From positions 19,778,001 to 19,842,000 of the forward strand of contig NW_026262637.1 of NCBI RefSeq assembly GCF_021869535.1: a stretch of DNA of 64,000 bases, given 5' to 3'. This document shows, piece by piece, positions 26,301-38,300 of this stretch. The notes under the pieces were generated by a model. It made no database searches and was not told the origin of the DNA. It saw only the letters and a program-made list of their open reading frames with translations. This DNA comes from Mytilus californianus. Lineage: Eukaryota. Numbering within the stretch: the first letter of the stretch is position 1; each line of letters begins with the position of its first letter. The translations under genes were made by a program, and so were the position numbers.

Positions 26301-29300
26301 ACTCTATTCGGTCCTGCATTTTTTTTTTAGTTTATCCTGACTTTTTATTACCTAAATTGTCGTCTGGACTTTTTTTTTGCAAGTGTCTCATCCAGCCTTT
26401 TTTTTTACTCAAAACTCCTGTCCTGCCTATTTTTTTCAAATTTCATCCTAGCCCCTCCATAAAATCATCTGTTTTTTGCTAACCTGATCCTTATATTTGT
26501 GTGGATTATATAACTCACAAGCTAAACTGTTTGGACCTTTGAGTTTAATCTTCATTGTATATTGCTATACTATTACAACTTGCGATGTCAGTTTATTGAA
26601 ACTTACATATACATACAATATTAAATTAATATATTGCTTTTCATGTACCTAGTGTTTACAGCAAAAGTTAGATAAATTTTATAATAAAAATTTATTGTAC
26701 AGTAATTCATAACAATCTATTCTTATCCGGATTGTCATATAATTTGTATAACAGTACCCTATTAAGATAATGTATGGTGTGTCTTAAAGAATGCCTAATT
26801 CAACAATGGTCATTTTCTAATCTATTTTTTAAAACATATTCAAAACATGAAGTTCTAAAACAAGTATTTTCATCAATTTTCCATTTAAAATTTTTCTCTA
26901 TCAAAAATAAATTATTGCACCAAAAAAAATATGAAACAATCAGTGTTCTCCCCAGGGCCTTTTAGCATCTTGAATATGATGCTATCTTGATTGATTTTCT
27001 TATAGAATGTGTTATGGATGACCCCATCATGTGATGCTATAATTTTTAGAAACAAGATGGTATTTCAAATTTCCCTGTTTACCAGGATGCTATATGAAAT
27101 ATCTGAGGAGAACACTGACAATAACGAAAATATAAGAACAATACAATCAATGATTTATGTTTTCTGAAAGGAGAAAAATGAAACCAACATTTTTTTTTTG
27201 GTCTCTGATTTTAAATGTCACAAAATATTATAAATATTTTATATATATACCAAAGGGCATAACTCTTTAAAAATAACTGATCAGCACTGATTTTCCAATT
27301 CGTCCAAGACATTGCTCATATTAACCTATATCAGTTTTATAAAAATCTGGCAAAAATTGTACACATGAGAGCGCTAACAATTTAATTTTCCATATTATTA
27401 ATATTTCTAAGGGCCATAACTCTTTTAAAAATTATTGATCAGCACTGATATACAAACTCGTCTGAGACATTACTGATATAAACCTAAAATATAAGTTTCA
27501 TAAAAATCTGGCAAGAATTGTACACATGAGAGCACTAACGAAACTAAATAAATGGGGAATGTGTCCATGGGACACAGATGATGTCCCTGCTTAGATATAA
27601 CATTATAAAGGGACATAACTCAAGAATTGGTGATGGTCACACTACCCAAATTTGTACTTGATCTGAGTTTTGTGGTAATAAGCATTGTGTATAGGTTTTA
27701 ATAAAATTTGGTTAAGGCAAACTTAAGTTAGAGAACGGAAACGAAAATTTCAGCAATTTTTCCATTTGTAAAGGGGCATAACTCTAGAACGGGAAAAGTG
27801 ACGACACCAAAATTCAAACTTGATCTGTGTTATGTGGTAATAAGCATTGTGTAAAAGTTTCATAACATTGGTTGAGACAAACTAAAGTTAAAGAGCAGAA
27901 ACAAAAAATTCGTCATTTTTCCATTTGTAAAGGGGCATAACTCTAGAACAGTACAAGTGACACCACCAAAATTTAAACTTGATCTGTGTTTTGTGGTAAT
28001 AAGCATTGTGTATAAGTTTCATAACATTTGGTTGAGGCAAACTAAAACAAGAGAACCGAAACTAAAAATTCAGCAATTTTTCCATTTGTAAAGGGGTGTA
28101 ACTCTAGAACTGTAAAAGTAATGCACCAAAATTCAAACTTGATCTGTGTTTTGTGGTAATAAGCATTGTGTATAAGTTTCATAACATTTGGTTGAGGCAA
28201 ACTAAAGTTAGAGAACGGAAACCAATTTTGGGAGGTATGGACAGACGTAGACGGACAAGGGTAAAACTTAATGCCCCCTCTGCTACGGCGGGGGCATACA
28301 AATTATTGATCAACACTGATTATCGAAACTTGTCCGAGACATTGCTGATATAAACCTATGATATAAGTTTTATAAAAATCTGGCAAGAATTGAACATGTG
28401 AGAGCGCTAACAGGACCAGACGGATGTACGCTTGGTATTTCTATGTCCCCCACAATGCGTTGCGCGGGGGACAATAAGATATATGGAAAAAATATGCAGA
28501 CTTTCCCAGCTAATAGTGCCAGGGGGGTTGTGGGGGGCCACTTATTATAAAATGAGCGGTAGGGATGAACTGCTGGGGTAGGTCCCTATTTCAAGATTCA
28601 CAATATATGATATGTGAGAAAGTTCTAAAATTGATAAGTCTCTGATTCAAGAGCTTGTTAGAAAATGGAACCTACCACTTAAGACGTCAGGGCTGATATA
28701 AGCAGGACTACCCCTTTGGTCCTTTAATGGATCAGTCTCTGATACCAGAAGTTTTCCCAGACAGAAATTTGTTATTGTTATTCTCTTTGTCTTCTTGTTC
28801 AGTACCATGTTACCAAGCTTTAAATCACGATGAACCAAATTTTTCTGAAATATACATATCACATATACAATAATTATGAGATGACGACTCATCACTTATT
28901 GTCAGCCATTGAAAGACATCAGAGATGTTCCTGTAAAATTTTTTAAGTCACAATAGAAAATGTTTGATGCCACAGTACAAAAGTGAATTTAAATGATGTC
29001 AATAGGTCAAGTGTCACAAATAGTTTCACTGACTTTAATATGGTATAAGAGCAAGTGTATAGTTGAAAACAGTATATTGACTTCTAGATGACTTTTCCCT
29101 TTTTTTATTCCTTCTGTTTTTTGTTGAGTTGCTGTATCATTGCCAGTTATTATTTATCCTTTATCTCAATAACATTAATTCTCAACCTGTTATATTAACG
29201 CAAGAATAGGAAGCATCTTTTTTTTTTATTTGACTGCAATGAATCCTTTTGACTTAATGTAAATGTGATTTCACTGATGTGGTTTACCGACATTTTTTTA

Positions 29301-32300
29301 ACATTAGTAAAATTAAAATCAATGATACTTGCAAATATTCAAAAAAACAGTATATTTACTTTTTACAGCAGTTTATTTCTTTCATAGTTTAAATTTTGTG
29401 CTTTCAAAAGCCAAACCTGACTGTGAAGTTCTATTTTTGTGTTTTTCTTGTTTGATTTTGATCTTTCTTAAGATCAACTGTATGCAAGTGGATATTTTTT
29501 CAAGATTTTATCGTAATCCAGATATTGGTGAGAAAAATAAATAAACCGCTCGCACTTTACAACATGTCATAAATGATATAATATACCCTATGTAAACTCT
29601 CCACAACTCTAACAATATCAAGGAATACGATTATGGCTTCTTTCTCCGATAGTTTCTTCTCTTTAATGACATAGTGTTGTAAGTTGACTAGATCTTGATT
29701 TTCATCACTAAAATCATGGTGAACCAGACAGTCTAACACCAGACAGAGTCGTCTCCTCTTCCTAGGGACTGACTGGCCAGGATAATACCGGGAACTTTCT
29801 TTATCTTCTAATGCTTCATCCTGAAAAAAGTTAATCATTCTTTAATGGATATCTTCATTGAATCAGAATGAGGGTAATGAAGGTGTACCAAGTCAGGCTT
29901 TCTGGACATTGTTTGTTGTTGTTTGTCTTTAAATGTTTGTATGGCTGTTATTTCTTTGAGGAGTCAGGTTTTGGTGATCTATTGTATTGTTCAGTATTTG
30001 CAGTGATTCCTGTTATCCTTCTTGTGTGTTATACATTTGATAATGGTATGGGAAAATTATCCAGGCAAACAGCTTTGTAGCTTTTATTGAAAATCTCACA
30101 TGAATTATTTTTGTTTTGTTTGACACAAAAATGAGACAAGAGTGCACACGCTGAAATGTCTCGCCTGTTTTACTGACCATTGATTTTATGTTAAAAGTCT
30201 TAAAGATAAAATTTTTACTACTATTAAAAGGCTTGTATAGTCCGCGGTTTTATTCTCCAAAATTGACCCTGACAGCAGGGGTGCGGACTATAGAGTACAA
30301 TAATCAAGAAATAAGAGAGAAAATTTCACTTTCGCGATATGGTTTGTTTACGTTCCGCCATGTTTGTTATTGACATTGTAGAGGGCGCTCTTATTTTTCA
30401 AACAAACAATTTTACCCAATCCATATTAATAAGTTATTTTTATTCAATATCAAATTAATACTGATAAACTTAAAAATTAAATGCTTCATCACAAAATTCT
30501 TGTTTCTTTTCAATGCATTGCTAAATATAAACTGGTATCTGCTTGAATGAAATCGTGCAAAAAAAGTAAAAAAAGGCAACTGTAAACCAGCTTACGATGT
30601 GTTAACTACAAAACGTAATCGGTTATTATTCGTTCCGTTTTGGTGTTTCCTATTGACAAATATGTTTTGTATTTGCTTAAGACCCTTCAAACATTAATGT
30701 GATAGATATATTAAACACTGTTTTACATAAGGAGGGAACTGTTTTACTTTCAAAGTCGTATTATAGTGATATCTATTATGTACGGATTTCGACTCTCACC
30801 GGGTTTTTTCATCTTTTACACGTGCTTTTCAAACTTCCGGTTTAAACATACACAAGTTTCTAAATTGTTTTTTGCATGATTTAGACTTATTTTAACCAGC
30901 GTGAAGTGTTTTAGGACCATTTACAAGCAGTTTCAGCTTCTGTTTGGTGATGGAAAAAAGGTTTTTCCAAGAAAATACCGCAAACGACTACACACGATTT
31001 AAGATTACCGGAGTTTCATTAGACCTTTTCTAACAGTTACAAAAAGTTTTTTTAACTGAAATTTCGTGGGGAGAAGGGGGTGCGGACTATGTACCAGTGC
31101 AAACTATACAAGCACGATTACGGTACAAGTATCATGTAAACTAAACATTTTTAAAAGATCCATGACAATGAGTTCAAGGTCAGATAAATCCTATCAGACA
31201 GACATTTACACCCTACAAATACTCAATACACTAAATATACTAGTAGTTTACCTTTGGCTTAAGGTTATTGAAAAACAGACAAAAACACAAAAACTTAACA
31301 TTGACCAATGGACCATGAAAATGAGATCAAAGTCAGATGAAACCTGCCAGACAGACTTGTACACCTGACAATCATTCCATACACCAAATAAAGTTGATAT
31401 ATTGCTTATAGTCCTTGAAAATCAGACCAAAACACAAAAACTAAACATTGATCAATGAACCATGAAAATGAGGTCAAGGACAGATGAAACCTGCCAGACT
31501 GACATGTACCCCTTACAATCATTTCATACACCACATATAGTTGACCTAATGCTTATAGTATCTGAGAAACCGACCTACTCACATAACTTAAACCTTGTCA
31601 CTGATCCATGAAATAAGTCTGACCGACATGTAGACGTTGCAAGGAACCCATATACCAAATATAGTTCTCCTATTACTCATAATAAGTGAGAAAATCACAT
31701 CACAAAAAAACTTTTTTTTTTCAAGCAGTCACTGAACCATGAAAATGAGGTCAAAGACAATGGACATATGACCAAGGGTCCGGAAACGGTCATATTTGCC
31801 AGTCATGTCCTAAGCTGCAAGCTATTTGTCCTAAACGAAAAAATTGCGATTTAGGACAAATTTTATTTTTTGCAGAAACAATTTCGGTCATTTCAGTGAG
31901 ATTGGGTTTCTTAATCGCCATTTTGCATTTTTTTTTTGTTTTAAAATCCCTTTCCTGTAATAAAACTGCCACTCCAGTATAGTTTGATAATCCTGAAGGC
32001 CCTCCTAATAACTATATCATGCCTCTGGGAAATATTGGCTAATGATCGCTAATCACTTTTTACCTGTGACTTTAATTCACACCTGACAATGATCACAAGC
32101 TCAGAACTAATATCATAAAGAAATTAAAATTCCATGACAGCTGTATTCATTATCTAATTACTTTTTAACAAAGACAATCAATAATTCTGATTTGAGAATT
32201 AAAACTTAATTTAATTTACGTAGAATAAAATGCTCCGCTGGGGCGCAGCTTGATACGACCGCAGAGGTCGAACCCTGAACAGTTGGGGCAAGTATGGACA

Positions 32301-35300
32301 CAACATTCAAGCTTGATACAGCACTGAATTTGGATTGTAATTAAATATTTGACACAGCATAGGTTTCTGACACAGAATGAAAGTGGTCTAAGAACTTAAA
32401 AATTTTTAATTTACCTATTCAAACCATATCATTTTTATTTGCTTTTATATATAAATCAGAAATAACCAATTTAAAATGGAAAATTTTAAAGAAAAAAAAG
32501 ATCCCCCCCCCCCAATATTTTTTGAACCCCCTTATGATTCATCACCCCCAAACTCAATCCCAGCCTTCCCTTTGTGGTATGGTACCTTGCAGTACAATTT
32601 CAGAGAGATCCATACACTTGAACACAAGTTATTGTCTGGAAACTAGAAAAATGCTTGTTTTTTAGCCCCTTTTTGGCCCCAAATTCCTAAACGTTAAGGG
32701 CAATTACCCCCAAACTAAAACCCAGCTTACCCTTTGTGATATGGAACTTTGCAGTACAATTTCATAAAGATCCATACACTTACACACAAGTTATTGTCCT
32801 GAAACTAGAAAAATGCTTGTTTTTTTTACCTTTTATGGCCCCTTATTCCTAAAATTTTGAGGCAATTACCCCCAAAATCAATCCCAGCCTTCCCTTTGTG
32901 GTATTGTACCTTGCAGTACAATTTTAAAGAGATCCATACACTTGAACACAAGTTATTGTCTGGAAACTAGAAAAATGCTTATTTTTGGCCCCTTTTTGGC
33001 CCCTTATTCCTAAACTCTTTGGGCAATTACCCCCAAACTCAATTCCAGCTTCCCCTTTGTGATATGGAACCTTGTAGTACAATTTCATAAAGATCCATAC
33101 ACTTACACACAAGTTATTGTCATGAAACTAGAAAAATGCTTGTTTTTTGTCCCTTTTTGTCCCCTAATTCCTAAAATTTGGAGGCAATTACCCCCAAAAT
33201 CAATCCCAGCATTTCCTTTGTGATATGGAACCTTGTGATACAATGTCAGAGAGATCCATACACTTACACACAAGTTATTGTCATGAAACTAGAAAAATGC
33301 TTGTTTTTTGCCCCTTTTTTGCCCCTAATTCCTAAAATTTGGAGGCAATTACCCCCAAAATCAATAACAGCATTCCCTTTGTGATATGGAACCTTGTGGT
33401 ACAATGTCAGAGAGATCCATACACTTACACACAAGTTATTGTCATGAAACTAGAAAAATGCTTGTTTTTTGCCCCTTTTTTGGCCCCTAATTCCTAAAAT
33501 TTTGAGGCAATTACCCCCAAAATCAATCCCAGCATTCCTTTTGTGATATGGAACCTTGTGGTACAATGTCAGAGAGATCCATACACTAACACACAAGTAA
33601 TGTCTGGAAGTTACAAAAATGCTTATTTTTGGCCCCTTTTTGGCCCCTAATTCCTTAACTGTTGGTACCATAACCCCCTAAATCAATCCCAACCTTCCTT
33701 TTGTGGTATTGAACCGTATGGTAAAATTTCATAGAGATCCATTCACTTAAAGGGAAAATTCGCGATTTTTTACCTTTCATCTTATTTTGTTCATAATACC
33801 ATAAAAAACATATTTACCAAGTTTTATCTGGATATGAACACTAATAAAGAAGAAAATTGGAAATCAATAATTTAATTTATTCCAACTTCCTGACTTATGT
33901 GACGTAGTTTAAGTCTTTTTGCATGCCGGGAGTGAATAAATCTCGTTGTAAGTCTTGTTCGTTAATCATCTAATAACGCGATTTAAAGCGCATCGACGAC
34001 TTTTGGCGTAGCTATTAACCAACTAATAATTAAGAAAGTAAAGTGATCCGCCGTGCAACTTTCAAAATTAAAATGTACAATTTATATTTAAAGGATTTCT
34101 GATATGATTAAAGTAATAAAAGTAAATCATACAATAGAATATATTTTCATGAATTTTTTTTCCGACGGATATTTTGAACAAACATATATAACTGATATTG
34201 TTTTACAAATGCATGTTTGTATTCTCACCTGAAGGCTTTTACTTCAGTCTAGTACTGTGTAAATACAATGTGTATTGTACTGTGACACTAAGTGACCACC
34301 TGTTGAATGCGTGGTTAAATTCAAGGTAATTAAAAGATTAGCATTCTGTAATTCTATTCTTTTGATCTTCACTCAGTGAATTTTAGCCAACACGGTTCAC
34401 CGTTACAGGTGTGAACAACATTTCGTATGAATGATAAAAACATTAATTATTTGGGGAGGAATATGGTGGCAAAATACCTGAATCGCCGTTATATACATGT
34501 ATATCTTTTATATTCTGCGTAAGCTTAATTTTAAAATAGATAGGTGAGTATTTTGTTGTAACATCGAAATTCTAAATTACTTTCAATTAAATAATTTTAC
34601 AAATAAAAATGGCCCACGAAAACGAGCTTACAAACCAAACACTGTACTTACTTTTTCAAATTATCATGGGTATTAACCGTGAATATTTCAATGTTTAGAG
34701 AAAATTATCGCGGTTACATGATTAATATAGCTTGGTCCGTCCACAGCGATCTACATTTACCTAATCGGGAATGCCCTTATTAAAATATTTAAAATCTCAC
34801 AACGTATACATACTTTAGCTATTTGACCAACGATGTTTAAAAAAAATAACAGAATCAATCTAACGTCAACTTTCCTTTTTTGAATGGAGACAGACCGGAG
34901 GAATCAATTTTGAATGTGCTTTATATCTTGTACCTTTGCAAGACTTATCATTCATTCATAAACCCACTTTATACCAGAGACATATATGTCAGTCTTAACT
35001 GACAAGAATACACCTAAAGCGGACAAGCAGTATTTTCTTTAAGCTTCTGTGATTTAATACCAAGAAAGAAAAAAATCCCGAAATTAATTTGATACTTTGA
35101 TACTCAATATTTTTCCTGGAAAATATTCATATCCTCGTTTGGTCTGAAAATAAGATAAGAATTTGGTATACAGAACATGCAGAAGTGTGAATGTCATAAA
35201 ACCTTGTTATATCAGAAACCATTATAAATGTGAACCTGTATACGTAAGACCTCATGGGACGTCACCTAACCACATACAGGTAATATACAAGTAGCTCTGT

Positions 35301-38300
35301 TATACCCGGAAATGTCAAGGTAAATCACTACCGATACAGAATGTACCAATGCAAAGAAAATTCTGATGATTGTGAAGCATGACCATTCATGATTTTAGAG
35401 GAGTCTTAGGTGGAAATTGCCGGTACAATTTAAATTCTGACTATATTTTTTTCTCTCAATTTAAATCACTGAACTTAAAAAAAAAGAAACATACGCCCAA
35501 GATCAGAATTCTTCATGTAAATTCAAAAATACAACGTTCTTATTTTGTAACTTTCGATATACTTCACCCCCCACCCCCATCGATTAAGAATGACAAGTGT
35601 ACGTGAAATTCTATAGTTGCCTGTGAGACTTTTTTTTACCAGATATGCGACTTTTCGTATTTATATTTTCTCTTATATTACTCTCATTTAATATTTTATG
35701 CATAAGTGCAATATTAGGAATGGTTTATCCCCCCTCCCTTTTAAGCTAACTAAATAAATTAATCAACCTTCTAGCTGACCAGACGTTAACACATCTACTA
35801 TCAGTCAATTCGGAGTGAAGTTTCTTTATTTCTTCAAATAAGCTTTTTGGGGATCATTAGTGTACGTCCAGTGGCATATATATTACATGCATGTCGGAAC
35901 AGGAAAATTGACATGAGGTATAATAGAACCATGTTCACATTATTACATTATTATATATAATACACAACCATTGAGATGATGACGACTTTCTTAAACTGTT
36001 CAAAATAATCTTATGGAAATAAAAATCTGTGATTTTACTATGTGCATAACTTTGATGAACCNNNNNNNNNNNNNNNNNNNNNNNNNNNNNNNNNNNNNNN
36101 NNNNNNNNNNNNNNNNNNNNNNNNNNNNNNNNNNNNNNNNNNNNNNNNNNNNNNNNNNNNNNNNNNNNNNNNNNNNNNNNNNNNNNNNNNNNNNNNNNNN
36201 NNNNNNNNNNNNTCACATATTTGATCAAACAATATATATATACAACAATTCATAATAAAAACAGAGATCAAATATCCAGCCTTAGAATAGACTTATGAGA
36301 CACTAAGATATCGACCTGTATTTAAATCAGATTTGTTTTGGATGTTTCTCTCGTATATTCAATATACATGTATATATTCTAAATTGCGACTATCTATAGT
36401 TCCGTAACCTTCTATCTAGGCGTATAATCCAATGATCGACAAGTGCGTACATTTTGTTAAATCAATATTTGTACGTTTCAAAATGTCCATAATTATTGAC
36501 AACGAGTAATTACTTACATTTTCCCCAATTTACGTTTGGAAAATATGTAAATATATTTTTATTTTATCAAATCTTTTTTTGGAATTATTTAGATTTTCAT
36601 AAATGTTCTTTACATCATAAATGTTATTTATGAACAAGCGTATGAGTTTAGTCATATATATAATGGCTATTATATCTATGGTTTAGTAAAGACTAGCATA
36701 TCACTATCGGACACGCAAGACAAAGATGTATATTCACCTGATAGTTTCTAAATGGAAAGTTACAAGTTATCGGCCGTGTACACTTCTCAATACCCTCAGA
36801 GGTGAAGTGATGCACGAACTTGCTTTATGTAATTGTGTAATAAGAGTTTTAAAGCCCGACAAGAAATCGCTTGAATACCTGGACGTGTCAACTCGCAATA
36901 CCTCTGGGAACAATTCCTTTAGCGATGCTGGTGATCAGATAAGGGAAGGTCCGAATTTATTTAAATAAGATTATTACATAAATGAATTATGAACACACTA
37001 GATTTTCGAAAACATTTTTACACGGAACACTTAATTTATCACTTTGAACTTTTTAACTAATTTCCATTAACATTTCTTGTTTCAAAAACTTAGTAAAAAA
37101 AAACAGTTTCAAAACGACAGACCATAGTACTAGTTATTAAAAAAAAATTATATATTATTACATTTTCTGTATAAAGTTAGTTAGGAAAGGTTGCATGCAC
37201 AACCATGTCTATTATAATCTTTTTTTGTGACCCGGGAAACTGTTTAGGCTTTCCTTGTCGGGTAAAACAACCGTACGCTTGACAAGATATCGACACTCAA
37301 TTACGGCTACGTTAGGTTACTGCTTGTTTTGGTCCTTTGTGGTTTATAGATATATCGTGGTCTCTATTCAGGGATGATGTCAAAATGGCCGCACGCGGAG
37401 AAGTGATACTCTAAATTTAAAATCAATGGTGATCTCTTATCTAGCAGAATTAAACTTTAATATTTATGAATTTGTGGTTTTTTATACATAATCAACATAA
37501 TATCAATTTTTCATTTTTTTGCGAAGTTTCCCTTTAAACTAAAGTTAGAGTGCGAAAACTAATGTGTCTTCGGACGACGACGACGATGACGCCAACGTCA
37601 TACCAATATACGACCACAAAAATTTTTTTGCGATCGTATAAAAAAGTAATTTTTCACGAGTAACACATGTACTTTATTTACTATGTAATACGCATGCGTG
37701 AAATTGTCTTCAGCAGATAGGACACTTACATGTTGTAATCGTAAAATGCATAATAATTTCATGCTTAATTAAACGAGTGCAACTAATTTCTATTATATTC
37801 AAACACTTTCAAAGGTAATCAAATTTAAAACCGGGTGATTTTCTGTCAATTTGATAAACAAAACAATATTCTGGAAATGAATCCGGAATTAATCGTACTT
37901 TAGAATTGTCGCAAAACTTCCGGTTTAAATTTTCGTCTAAAATCGAAAGAAACGTTAGCAATGTCTGAGAAACTAACCATTTTGAGTCATTAAAATCATT
38001 TCAAATTTAAACTGTTGCCTTCCCTAAACTGTTCTTGAAAGTTTTGAGTAAAATGGTAAGAAAATTCACAAAGAAAATGCAATGAAACAGCCAATACAAA
38101 TTCGTTGATGCTATGAATCTAGTGACCATTCGATATCCACAATTTGAAAAAAGGGCACCAACTTTTAAGACATCTCAAAATGACCGAAATTGTGTGAAAA
38201 AATTTCCGGATCCTTGCATATGATAGACGGAAACTTTGTAATATAAGGTATCTGCATACAAGTTATGAAGCATACAGGTCTCCAACCTTCTGAAATACAA

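Larger units (their letters stand above)
32225..37645 (+). mobile_element. HINE-like element of the 43803 family, split by a Kolobok-like insertion (32225-33750 + 37534-37645)
   Basis: Head, ~130-bp tandem cores (GAGATCCATACACTTACACACAAGTTATTGTC) and tail ATTCACTTAA|ACTAAAGTTAGAGTGCG, which is rejoined across the insert. Confidence 0.85.

Noticed and set aside
35935-36271. ORFs spanning the N run
   Set aside because: Artefacts of the assembly gap.
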